DNA of 64,000 bases from an uncultured Acidobacteriota bacterium (GCA_963813155.1 CAWEYG010000006.1:64001-128000), one strand, 5' to 3'. Positions 31,179 through 40,652 are shown, counted from the first letter of the stretch. Translations and numbers: made by a program. Notes: a model not told the origin generated them from the letters alone.

Positions 31179-32135
31179 ATGACCGAGACCGAGAAGAAAG
31201 AAGCCGCAAAACCGAAGCGCCGTGGACGGCGCGGCGGCGTGCGTCACCGAAAGAAGAGCGAGACGGCGGCCCCGCCGCCGCTCGAGCCGCCGTTCGAAAT
31301 TCCCGAGCCGGCCCCGCCCCCTCCCCAGTCCGCGGCGCCGGAAACATTGACCTTTTCATCCAGCGGAGGACCCACTCCCATGCCGAACAACCAGGCCGAC
31401 GAACAACGGCTGGCCGTCTTCATCGATTTCGACAACCTCGCGATCGGCGCGAGGGAAGCGAAGTATCCGAAATTCGACCTCGACCTCATGCTCGAGCGGC
31501 TGCTCGAGAAGGGGCGGATCGTCTACAAGAAAGCGTACGCGGACTGGAGCCGCTACCTCGACTACAAACGCCCGTTCCACGAGGCGGCGGTCGAGCTCAT
31601 CGACATTCCGCAGCGCAGCTACACCGGAAAGAACTCCGCCGACATCCGAATGGTCGTCGACGCGATGGACCTCTGCTATTCGAAGGGGCACATCACGACG
31701 TTCGTCATCGCGTCGGGCGATTCCGACTTCTCGCCTCTCGTCTCGAAGCTCAAGGAGAACGACAAGGCCGTGCTCGGAGTGGGCGTGAAGAACTCGTCGT
31801 CCGATCTCCTGGTTTCGAATTGCGACGAGTTCATCTTCTACGAGGACCTCGTCCGCGCGCCCGCGGCCGGTTCTCCCTCGCTCGACGAGCTGCCGGAGAA
31901 GAAGCGCGAGGTCTTTCGCCTGATGCTCGATTCGATTCTCGCGCTGAAGCGCGAGAACAAGGACGTGATCTGGGGCTCGATGGTGAAACAGACCATGCAG
32001 CGCAAGAAGCCGTACTTCAACGAGAGCTACTACGGATTCGACTCGTTCTCGAGCCTGCTCGAAGAAGCGCAGAAGTTGAAGCTCGTCACCCTCAAGAAGG
32101 ACACCAAGAGCGGCGGTCACATCGTGAACGCGTGA
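31179..32135 (+). CDS. NYN/LabA-DUF88 domain protein with C-terminal OST-HTH/LOTUS domain
   Basis: FIDFDN, GKNSADIRMVVDA, SGDSDF, CDEFIFY, FNESYYGFDSFSSLLE. Confidence 0.88.
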   Translation: MTETEKKEAAKPKRRGRRGGVRHRKKSETAAPPPLEPPFEIPEPAPPPPQSAAPETLTFSSSGGPTPMPNNQADEQRLAVFIDFDNLAIGAREAKYPKFDLDLMLERLLEKGRIVYKKAYADWSRYLDYKRPFHEAAVELIDIPQRSYTGKNSADIRMVVDAMDLCYSKGHITTFVIASGDSDFSPLVSKLKENDKAVLGVGVKNSSSDLLVSNCDEFIFYEDLVRAPAAGSPSLDELPEKKREVFRLMLDSILALKRENKDVIWGSMVKQTMQRKKPYFNESYYGFDSFSSLLEEAQKLKLVTLKKDTKSGGHIVNA

Positions 32136-32668
32136 AACCCGCCTGGCGCCGGCTGCGGAGCGAGCCGCTCGGCGACTTCAAGGTTTTCACCGTCCGCCGC
32201 GACCGCATCGTTTCTCCCCGGACCTTGGAAGAGCACGACTTCTACGTCCTCGACGGGTCGGACTGGATCAACGTGATCCCGGTCACGCCCGGGGGCCGGA
32301 TCGTGCTCGTCGAGCAGTACCGGCACGGCACCGAGACGTTCACGCTCGAGATTCCGGGAGGAGCGGTCGACCGCCGGGACGGCTCGCCCCTCGACGCCGC
32401 CCGGCGCGAGCTGCTCGAAGAGACGGGTCACGCCGCCGACTCGTGGGAGAGCCTCGGGTTCGTGCACCCGAACCCGGCGATCCAGTCGAACCGCTGCCAC
32501 ACGTTCGTCGCGCGCGGCTGCCGGCGCGTCGCGGAGCCGTCGTTCGACCCCGGGGAGGACATCGAGATCGTCGAGGCCGAGCGGAGCGAAATCCGCGAGA
32601 TGCTCCGCGACGGCCGTATCAGCCACTCGCTCGTCGTCGCCGCGTTCGCGAAATGGCCGGAGTTCTAG
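32132..32668 (+). CDS. NUDIX hydrolase (ADP-ribose pyrophosphatase-like)
   Basis: QYRHG...EIPGG...AARRELLEETG; GTGA overlap. Confidence 0.9.
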   Translation: MKPAWRRLRSEPLGDFKVFTVRRDRIVSPRTLEEHDFYVLDGSDWINVIPVTPGGRIVLVEQYRHGTETFTLEIPGGAVDRRDGSPLDAARRELLEETGHAADSWESLGFVHPNPAIQSNRCHTFVARGCRRVAEPSFDPGEDIEIVEAERSEIREMLRDGRISHSLVVAAFAKWPEF

Positions 32669-33448
32669 GCTTCCTGGGCTGGCTGCTCGCCGCGTCGCCG
32701 GTCGTTCGGCCGGTATGGGCGGACCCGGCGACGGGAATGGCGTTCGTTTCCGCTCTGGCGGGACGCTTCGAGATGGGAAGCCCGGCCTCGGAAATCGGCC
32801 GCAACACCGACGAAGCGCCGCGCGAAGTCGAATTGTCTTCGTTTTGGATTGCGCGAGACGAGACGACGCAGGCAGAGTGGCGGAGCGTCATGGGATGCAA
32901 TCCGAGCCATTTCGCGAAGTGCGGGGACGGGTGTCCGGTCGAGAACGTCACGTGGCTCGAGGTTCGGGAATTTCTGGCCCGCCTGAATCGCCGCTCACCG
33001 GGCCGCAACTATCGCCTTCCGACCGAGGCCCAGTGGGAGTACGCGTGCCGCGCCGGGACGGCGACTCCGTTCTCGACAGGCGAAAGCCTGACGGCGGATC
33101 AGGCGAATTTTGACGGCCGTTACCCCCTGGCCGGCCACCCTCTCGGTCGCTTTCGGGGCTCCCCGGTTCCCGCCGGCAGCTTTCCCGCGAATCCGTGGGG
33201 ACTTCGCGACATGCACGGGAACGTCTGGGAGTGGTGTGAAGACTGGTACGGGCCATACCCCGCGGGGCCGGGACGCGATCCGAACGGGACCCGCCTTCGG
33301 CGCGCGGAAAGTCATCCGAGGGGACTCATGGGACTTTGACGAGAACAGCTGCCGCTGCGCCCTTCGCTACACCCACGCGCCGGGCGACCGCGGATATTCG
33401 ATCGGGTTTCGCGTCGTCGCGGACCCGCCGAACGAAAGAGTTCCGTAG
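32653..33448 (+). CDS. Formylglycine-generating-enzyme (SUMF1) domain protein (apparent frameshift ~33290)
   Basis: FEMGS, PVENVTW, RLPTEAQWEYACRAG, PNPWGLRDMHGNVWEW-like, IGFR. Confidence 0.87.
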
Positions 33449-33474
33449 CGCGGCCGGCCGCGCCCCGGAACTCC

Positions 33475-35994
33475 TCAGTACTTGGCGAGCAGCTGCGCCG
33501 CCCGGACGACTTCGTCCTCGCCCGGCAGGAAGAATTCTTCGAGCGGGGGAGAGTACGGCACGGGAGTGTCGAGCGCGCCGAGGATGCGGACCGGGGCGTC
33601 CAGGTACTCGAACGCCTCTTCCTGAATGATCGCCGCGATGCTCTCCCCGACGCTGCCGGTGCGCGTGTCTTCGTGGACGATCAGGACGCGGTTGCAGCGA
33701 TTGCGCGAGCGTCGAGGATCGCCTCGCGGTCGAGCGGCGCGAGGCTCCGCAGGTCGAGAACGGACGCTTCGATGCCGCCGGCCGCGAGCTTTTCCGCCGC
33801 GCGCATCGCGACGTGGACGTACGCGCCGTAGCTCAAGATCGCGAGGTGTTTCCCTTTCCGCCGCAACGCGGCCTTCCCGATCGGGATCGGTTCCGGGGCC
33901 TCGGAGGAAAGGGCCTGCTTGACCCGGGGATCGCGGTACAGCGCGATGTGTTCGAAATAGAGAACGGGATCGGGATCGGCGACGGCCGAAGCGAACAGAG
34001 CGCGGGCGTCGTGCGGAGTCGACGGGACGACGATCTTCAGGCCGGGAGTCCGGTAGAACCATCCCTCGGTGTTCTGGCTGTGGTACGGACCGGCGTGCCG
34101 GAGGCCGCCCCAGGGCATCCGAACGACCATCGGGACATCCGCTCCCGAGCGGCCGCCCCACCGGTACCGGATCTTCGCCGCGCTGTTGACGAGCTGGTTG
34201 AAGCCGGTCGCGACGAAATCGTTGAACTGCATCTCGCCGAGCGGGCCGCTGACCCGCCAGCGCCGCGCCGATGCAGGCGCCGAGAACGCCGCCCTCCGAC
34301 AGGGGGGAATTCAGGATGCGGTCTCCGAACCTCTCGAGCAGCGGGCGCAGCAGCAGGAAGGCGTTTCCGTACTTCCCCCCCACGTCCTCGCCGAAAACGA
34401 AGACGCGCGGGTCGGAGGCGAGAGCGTCGCCGACTCCGAGCGCGACCGCGTCGAGGAACGTGTTTCCCTTCGGATCGAAGGGGGGCGCCGGCTCGACCTC
34501 GAGGACGCGATCCGAAGCTCTTCGGCGGCGGGACGGGTCGAGCGGCTCGACGCGCGTCCGGGGCGCTTCGTTCTTGAGCACGCCTTCGCCGGCGCTCGCC
34601 GGCTCGGGCCACGGGGCTTCGATGACGGCGCGCGCCTCGCGCTCCACGAGCGCGTCCGCCTCGGCTTGAAAGCGCGAAAGGTCGCCCTTCCCGATGACGC
34701 CCTCTTCGGAGAGGCGGGCCGCGTACAGCGCGATCGGATCGCGTCGTGACCAGAATTCGTAGAGCTCGCGGGGCGCGTAGCCCGAGTCCGAAACGACCGG
34801 GTACGTCCAGGACGGCTGCGGGTCGCGGCCGAGGTAGAGCATGTCGTCGTGGTGCGCGTGGCCGCACATGCGCATCGAAACGAGCTCCAGCAGGGCAGGG
34901 CCTTTCCCCTCGCGGGCCCGCTCCGCCGCCCAGGCGAACGCGGCCGCGATCGCGTCGGGGTCCGTGCCGTCGAGCGTGATCCCGGGGATCCCGTAACCCG
35001 CCGCCTTGTCGGCGAAGGCTCGCACGGCCGACTGCTCGGCCGGGGGAGTCGAGAGCGCGGTCTGGTTGTTCTGGACGCAGAAAACGGCCGGCAGGCGGCG
35101 CGCGGCGCAGAGATTGATCGCCTCGTGCCACTCGCCGAGCGAGGAGCCGCCCTCGCCGATGAGCGACACGGCGACCCGCCCTTCGCCTTCGCGCGCGAAC
35201 GCGAGCGCGAGGCCGGCGACCGTCAGCGACGAGATCGCGAGCGGAGCCGCGGCGGGAAGCACGCCGCGCGCGAAGTCTCCGATGTGGAGGTCTTTGCCGT
35301 CCATCGGCGATCCGGCTTTCCCCATCTGCGCGTTGAGGACCATCCGGACGAATTCCGGGGTGGGGTTCATCGCGAGCGCGATCCCGAGGTCGCGGATGAG
35401 CGGGGCGACGACGTCGCCCTTCCACTCGCCGTTCTTGCTGTAGCTCTCCCCCCGGCGCAGGCGCGCCGCGGCGGCGTAGATCGCTTCCTGGCCGAGCGAC
35501 CGGAACCCCTTGCCCTGGAAAGCGATCCCCAGGTAACGGACTTCGCTCGCGGTGAAGAACGCCTTGAGGCGATTGTCGATTGCGCGCGTCAGGACGATTC
35601 CGCGCAGGATCTCCACGCGCTCCTCGGCCGTGAGCGAGGCGGACAGCGATTCGCGGCGGAGAAACCCGTCGCACGCCTCGACGAGACCGTCGACGGCGGC
35701 CGACATCCTCGACGCGGCGGAGACGCCGGGGCTCGTGTCGCCCGTTCCGGCGGGGGGCGCGAGACTGATCGCCTTGCGGAGCGCTCGCGACAGAGGCGCG
35801 CGAAGCGCGTCGAGCCTGGAAGCGTCGCGGCCCGGGTCGCCTCCCTCGCGGCGCAGCAGGTTTCGGAACACGACCGAGGCGTGATCGAGCGCGAAAGGAT
35901 GCGATTCCGCGACGAAAGCGAAGAACCGCTCCGCGAGGCCGGGACGGATCGACGAAGGCGTCGAGATGACGGACGGCTTCAGGGTGGGTTCCAT
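33475..35994 (-). CDS. 2-oxoacid dehydrogenase E1, fused alpha+beta subunits (apparent frameshifts ~34250 and ~33705)
   Basis: TPP motif GEGG...QNN, RMCGHAHHDD; beta part FGEDVG, EMQFNDF, GPYHSQ, DLRSLAPLD, VHED, LDAP. Confidence 0.88.
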   Translation of the reverse strand: MEPTLKPSVISTPSSIRPGLAERFFAFVAESHPFALDHASVVFRNLLRREGGDPGRDASRLDALRAPLSRALRKAISLAPPAGTGDTSPGVSAASRMSAAVDGLVEACDGFLRRESLSASLTAEERVEILRGIVLTRAIDNRLKAFFTASEVRYLGIAFQGKGFRSLGQEAIYAAAARLRRGESYSKNGEWKGDVVAPLIRDLGIALAMNPTPEFVRMVLNAQMGKAGSPMDGKDLHIGDFARGVLPAAAPLAISSLTVAGLALAFAREGEGRVAVSLIGEGGSSLGEWHEAINLCAARRLPAVFCVQNNQTALSTPPAEQSAVRAFADKAAGYGIPGITLDGTDPDAIAAAFAWAAERAREGKGPALLELVSMRMCGHAHHDDMLYLGRDPQPSWTYPVVSDSGYAPRELYEFWSRRDPIALYAARLSEEGVIGKGDLSRFQAEADALVEREARAVIEAPWPEPASAGEGVLKNEAPRTRVEPLDPSRRRRASDRVLEVEPAPPFDPKGNTFLDAVALGVGDALASDPRVFVFGEDVGGKYGNAFLLLRPLLERFGDRILNSPLSEGGVLGACIGAALAGQRPARRDAVQRFRRDRLQPARQQRGEDPVPVGRPLGSGCPDGRSDALGRPPARRSVPQPEHRGMVLPDSRPEDRRPVDSARRPRSVRFGRRRSRSRSLFRTHRAVPRSPGQAGPFLRGPGTDPDREGRVAAERETPRDLELRRVRPRRDARGGKARGRRHRSVRSRPAEPRAARPRGDPRRSRNRCNRVLIVHEDTRTGSVGESIAAIIQEEAFEYLDAPVRILGALDTPVPYSPPLEEFFLPGEDEVVRAAQLLAKY

Positions 35995-36020
35995 CGAGGG
36001 GGATTGTAGCGAAAGGCTCT

Positions 36021-37077
36021 TCAGATCTCCTGGAAGAAGAACCGCTTCAGCGGGTCCATCTTCGTCCACGGGTCGACTTCCGGCTCCATCAGCCACAGCG
36101 CGGCGGCGATCGAGGACGCGAGCGAGTTGCCGTCCTGCGGAGTGAAACAGAAGCCGACGACCTCTTTCTCCGAGGGGAGGACGATCGTCGGGGTCGAGAT
36201 CACGCGTCTGCGACAGGAGCCTTCCGTAGTAGCCGTGGTCGCGTCCGAACGAGAACACCTGGTTCGCGGAACGGCGCTCCGTGTTCGCGACACGGCTGTT
36301 CAGGCGAAGCTTTTCGAGCACTTCCGCCTTCGTCGTCGGCCGCGTCAGCTCCAGGTCGAACCAGAGCGCGTGCATGTACTGCGTGTTCAGCTTCACGGCC
36401 GAGGAGAACATCTCCGGCTTCCAGCCGAGAGTCTCCAGGAGGTGCGAGGCGTCGCGGGCATGGTGCGTGCCGTATTTCGGGTCGTCGTGCTTGCCGACGG
36501 AAGGAGCCGGCAGAAATCCCGCGTCCTGGGAGATGTCGTTCGCCCGGCGCATGCAGACGAAACGGCCCCGGGAGAGCGTGAGGTTCTTGCCTTCGGAGGC
36601 GAGAGTCTGCACGAGCACGGCGATGTTGTGGGTGTTGCACGAGACGATCTGGATGAAGCGATCCTGTCCGGCCTTCAGCGCCTCGTCGTTGATGCCGAGC
36701 GCGTACATCTTGCCGAAACCGAATTCCGATCCCTGGGCGAGAAATCCCTTCGGCCCCTTGACCTTTTCGTAGACCTTCTTGTTCTCGTTGCCGGCCGGCG
36801 TGCAGTCGATGACGACCGATGCGCGTTCCAGAGCCTCCATGGCCGTGTACGACACCTTGTGGCCGAGCGCCTCGAAGTCGGCGGTCTTGTCCTCGTCGAC
36901 GGCGAGCTTCGCGCCGCGGGAGATCAGGTGCTGCACCTTCGCCTTTTCCGTCGTCATCGGCGTTCGCTTGTGGAACGTGAGCTCGTCGATGCCGAGGTGG
37001 CGGGCGAAGTCCGTGAACAGCCCGATCAGGGGCTCGCCGATGGTTCCCGTGCCGACGATGTGAACGATTTTTTTCAT
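36021..37077 (-). CDS. Archaeal-type (class II) glyceraldehyde-3-phosphate dehydrogenase-like protein (apparent frameshift ~36205)
   Basis: GTGTIG, DCTPAG, QGSE, IVSCNTH (catalytic Cys), RRAND, HHARD, TQYMH correspond to class II GAPDH blocks. Confidence 0.72.
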
Positions 37078-37107
37078 GAGGCGCGTATTATCTTGAATCG
37101 AGCCGCG

Positions 37108-37176
37108 GCGTTCAAGCCGCGCGGAAATGTTGCGTTCAAGCCGCGAGGGATGCTCCGTTCAGGCCGCGCGGGATAA
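37108..37176. repeat. Three imperfect 23-24 bp direct repeats in a divergent intergenic region
   Basis: CGTTCAAGCCGCGCGGAA (37109), CGTTCAAGCCGCGAGGGA (37133), CGTTCAGGCCGCGCGGGA (37156). Confidence 0.8.
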
Positions 37177-37186
37177 GATCTTCGCA

Positions 37187-37858
37187 ATGGCCGCGAGCAC
37201 GGTCCATCCGTATTCTTTCGCCGGGCCCGCCGGCGAGCTCGAAGCGCTCTGGAAAGAGCCGGAGGCGCCGCGGCGCGGTTCGGCCGTCGTCGCGCACGCG
37301 CATCCCGCTCACGGCGGAACGATGCACTTCAAGGTCGTGTTCCGAATCGCGCGCGCCCTCGCGCGGTCGGGTTTCGGCGTCCTTCGGTTCAACTTTCGCG
37401 GCGTCGGCACGTCGCAAGGCCAGCACGACGGCGGCCGGGGCGAAAAGGAAGACGTCGCGGCGGCGCTCGACGAGGCGGCCCGCCGGGGCGGAACGCCCCT
37501 CGTCGCGGGAGGATTCTCCTTCGGTTCGGCGATGGCGCTGACGGTCGGCGCAAAGGATTCCCGGGTGGCGGCGCTGATCGGCGCGGGAGTCCCGCTCGCG
37601 CGCTGGGCGCTCGGGGACGGAGAGCCGGTCGAAAAGCCGACGCTCGTGATTTCCGGCGACAACGACGAGTTCGCGGACGCCCGGGAGCTCGAGCGCGAGG
37701 CGAAGCGGCGCTTTCGGGACGTGCGGGTCGAGATCGTCGCCGGAGCCGACCATTTCTTCACGGATCACCTCGATCAGGTCGAAGCGCGCGTTCACGATTT
37801 TGCCTCCGGTCTTCGGATTCCGGCGCCTCGGGGGCCCGCGATCTCGGTGAGGACGTGA
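37187..37858 (+). CDS. Alpha/beta hydrolase
   Basis: HPAHGGTM, RFNFRGVG, GFSFG nucleophile motif, GDNDE, GADHFF. Confidence 0.9.
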   Translation: MAASTVHPYSFAGPAGELEALWKEPEAPRRGSAVVAHAHPAHGGTMHFKVVFRIARALARSGFGVLRFNFRGVGTSQGQHDGGRGEKEDVAAALDEAARRGGTPLVAGGFSFGSAMALTVGAKDSRVAALIGAGVPLARWALGDGEPVEKPTLVISGDNDEFADARELEREAKRRFRDVRVEIVAGADHFFTDHLDQVEARVHDFASGLRIPAPRGPAISVRT

Positions 37859-38412
37859 CCTCTTCGGATCGCCGGTCGGAGCTCCTGTCGATCGCCCGCC
37901 GGTCGATCGATCGGAAGTTGAACGGAGAGGGGCCTCTCGAAGTTCTCGAGCGCCCGCACGCGGAAGAAGCCTCGTGCGGCGTGTTCGTGACGCTGAAGAT
38001 GAAATCCGACCTGCGCGGATGCATCGGGACGCTCGCCGCCGAAGAGGGGATCTCGCGCACGGTCGCCGAGTTCGCTTTGAACGCCGCGTTCGAAGATCCC
38101 CGGTTTCCGCCGCTGACGCTCGAAGAATGGCGCGACGTTCTGGTCGAGATCTCGATCCTCTCGCCGCCGCGGTTGATCGCGGAAGAGCATTTCGAAGTCG
38201 GCCGCCACGGCCTGATCCTCGAGATCGGAGGCCGCCGCGGCCTGCTTCTGCCGCAGGTCGCCGAAGAATGGGGCTTCACGAAGGAGCAGTTCCTCGGCGC
38301 GCTCGCGCGGAAGGCGGGTCTGCCGGAGGACGGATGGAAACTGCCCGGCGCGAAGCTTTACGCGTTCGAGGCGGAAGTGTTCGGGGAGGAGGCGGGCGCG
38401 GGTGGCGAATAA
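37855..38412 (+). CDS. amrA: AmmeMemoRadiSam system protein A (AMMECR1 domain)
   Basis: GVFVTL...LRGCIG...AAFEDPRF...EISILS...GLLLPQVA...KAGL...FEAEVF. Confidence 0.9.
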   Translation: MTSSDRRSELLSIARRSIDRKLNGEGPLEVLERPHAEEASCGVFVTLKMKSDLRGCIGTLAAEEGISRTVAEFALNAAFEDPRFPPLTLEEWRDVLVEISILSPPRLIAEEHFEVGRHGLILEIGGRRGLLLPQVAEEWGFTKEQFLGALARKAGLPEDGWKLPGAKLYAFEAEVFGEEAGAGGE

Positions 38413-38518
38413 GTCGATCGGGAACCGGCAGAAGAAGATCGTCGCGCCGAGGAGGCCGAGCCCCGCCCGGCCAATTCCAAAACCAGGCGGTCCGCCTCGA
38501 AAACCGAATTCGAAGTAG
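38402..38518 (+). CDS. Putative 38-aa basic proline-rich small protein (not in the ORF track)
   Basis: GTG start with GGAGG upstream, overlaps the amrA stop; MANKSIGNRQKKIVAPRRPSPARPIPKPGGPPRKPNSK. Confidence 0.45.
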   Translation: MANKSIGNRQKKIVAPRRPSPARPIPKPGGPPRKPNSK

Positions 38519-38531
38519 CCCCTCGCCTCTA

Positions 38532-38660
38532 ATCCGCCTCTCCCCCTGTGGGCAGCCTTCAAAACGACCAGTAGACGCGGGAGGCCGCCGCGCAGCGGCG
38601 GGTGAGGGGGCGCACCCGAGGCCACCCCTCACCCCCACCCTCTCCCGCAAGGGGAGAGGG
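38532..38660. repeat. Intergenic palindromic doublet, copy 3, with ~28 nt extra in one arm
   Basis: Same arms as copy 2; CAGCCTTCAAAACGACCAGTAGACGCGG at 38553-38580 interrupts the first hairpin. Confidence 0.8.
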
Positions 38661-39413
38661 CTACCGCGGGGTCTGTGTCGTCGTGAACAGGATGACTCCC
38701 GCTGCGACGGCGACGTTCAGCGACTCGACCGGCGGTGCGAGCGGAATCGCGATGCGCCGCTCCACGTGCCGCCGCACGGCGGGGGAGAGCCCCGCTCCTT
38801 CCGACCCGAACACCCACAGCGCGGGTTTCTCGAACCGCGCCGAGAAGAGGTCCTCCGCGCCCCGTCCGCCGGTTCCGCAGATCTCGCGCCCTGCTCTGCG
38901 CGCCTCGTCTGCCGCGGGCCGGAAATCGACGCTCGACGCGGCCCGGATGCGCAGCAGGCTGCCGGCCGATCCCCGGAGAGATCGGGGGTGGAACAGGTCG
39001 GCGCACCCCTCCGAGGCGAGAAGGCCGGCGCCCGAGACGGCCTCGAGGACCCGCGCGATCGCGCCGAGATTGCCCGGATCCTGCACGGAGTCGAGATAGA
39101 TGGCCGGGCCGCCGGCGGCGAGGATCTCGGCGGCGGAGGATTCCCGGCGGCGCGCGAGGCCCACGGCGTGCTGCGGAGTCGAGGCCTCGCAGAATCTCGC
39201 GAGCACTTCGCGGCGGACCGGAGTCGTCCGGTGGCGCGCGAGCGCGGAAAGCCGTCCCGGCTTGAGGTGGTCGTCGTGAAAGATCTCCTCGAACTCGAAT
39301 CCGCCGGCCGCCGCATCGAGGATGAATTTTTCGCCTTCGAGGACGAAGAGCTCTCGCTCGGCGACCGCGCGAAGCAGGGACTGGACGCGCGGGTTCCGCG
39401 TCGACTCGATCAC
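38661..39413 (-). CDS. TrmH/SpoU-family RNA methyltransferase
   Basis: IESTRNPRV, DPGNLGAIAR, VFGSEGAGL, IPL...ESLNVAVAAG. Confidence 0.92.
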   Translation of the reverse strand: MIESTRNPRVQSLLRAVAERELFVLEGEKFILDAAAGGFEFEEIFHDDHLKPGRLSALARHRTTPVRREVLARFCEASTPQHAVGLARRRESSAAEILAAGGPAIYLDSVQDPGNLGAIARVLEAVSGAGLLASEGCADLFHPRSLRGSAGSLLRIRAASSVDFRPAADEARRAGREICGTGGRGAEDLFSARFEKPALWVFGSEGAGLSPAVRRHVERRIAIPLAPPVESLNVAVAAGVILFTTTQTPR

Positions 39414-39473
39414 CCGCGGATCGTACTCCGAACGAGCACCTGCCAGGAGGCTGCTAGTGCTATAACACGCGCA

Positions 39474-40640
39474 GTGAATTCCCAAAGCGGAGCGGCCGCG
39501 ACCGCGCTCTGGACTTTTCCGGCGATGCTCGCGGCGGCGTTCCTCGTCGCCTGGGGAGCGGAGGCGGCGGAGTTCCTGATGTCCCAGGGCCTCGCGCTCG
39601 CTCTCCTCGCGTGGCTCCAGACGGCGCCGGAATTCGCGGTCGAAGCCGTCATCGCGTGGGACGCGGGCAAGGACCCGTCGATGGTCCATCTCGCGATCGC
39701 GAACTTCACGGGCTCGCTGCGGCTGCTCGTCGGGCTCGGATGGCCGATGGTCTACGTCGTCGCGTGGTGGTCGGCGAAGCGGACGCGGCAAGGTCTACTG
39801 CCGGCATGCGCCTTCGCGTTCACCACTCGGTCGAAGTCGTCGGCCTCCTTCCTCCCGTCCTGTACTTTTTCGTGATCATCGCGAAGGGCACGCTCGGCCT
39901 GATCGACGCCGCGATCCTCTGCGGAATGTATGTCGCCTATCTCGTGCTTCTCCTGCGCCTTCCGCCCCGAAGCGACGACGTCGAACGGCCGGTCGACGTT
40001 CCGCTCGTCTCGCGCTGGGCCCTCTCCTTTCCGGGGCGGTGGCGGGGCGTCGCGGTGCTCGCGCTGTTCTTCGGCGGCGGGGCGATTCTCTACTTCACCG
40101 CGCACCCGTTTCTGGACAGTCTCCTCTCGCTCGCGGTCTCCCTCGGCGTCTCGGAGTTCGTGTTCGTCCAGTGGGTCGCGCCGTTCCTTTCGGAATTCCC
40201 GGAGAAGGTCTCCGCCTTCCTGTGGGCGCGGCGAATCACGCGCGCGCCCGTCGCGATCATGAATCTCGTCTCCTCGAACATCAATCAGTGGTCGGTGCTC
40301 TCCGGCCTGATCCCGGTGATCTATTGCGTCTCGCGGCACTCGACGGCGCCCCTTCCGCTCGATCACCATCAGCGAATCGAGATTCTCCTGACGGTGCTGC
40401 AGTCGCTCCTGGGCTGGCTCCTTCTCGCCTCGATGTCGCTGACCTCGTACGAGGCGGCGAGTCCTCTTTCTCTTCTGGCTGATCCAGTTCGCCCTTCCGG
40501 CGACGCGCGACGCGATGATCGCGGTCTACGCCGGCTGGTGCGTGCTCGAGATCGTCCTCGTCCTGTCGGGGCGGAAGAAGTGGAAGGTCTTTGGTGCATT
40601 TCGAAAGACGTGGCGGCGCCGCGCCCGCGCGGCCGCGTGA
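39474..40640 (+). CDS. Ca2+/cation antiporter (CaCA) family membrane protein (apparent frameshifts ~39795 and ~40460)
   Basis: Alpha-1 repeat QTAPEFAVE...ANFTGS; alpha-2 repeat SEFPEK...NLVSSNINQW; many TM helices. Confidence 0.8.
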
Positions 40641-40652
40641 TAGATTTTTGAG

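Noticed and set aside
33475-37077. 1200-aa GAPDH-E1 fusion in the ORF track
   Set aside because: Artefact of the shift at ~36205. The GAPDH-like gene stops at 36021 in another frame, and E1 has its own -10 (36003-36008) and ATG (35994).
37101-37176. Tandem repeats or palindromic elements as a CRISPR array
   Set aside because: No spacer-length unique sequences between identical repeats, and no cas genes.
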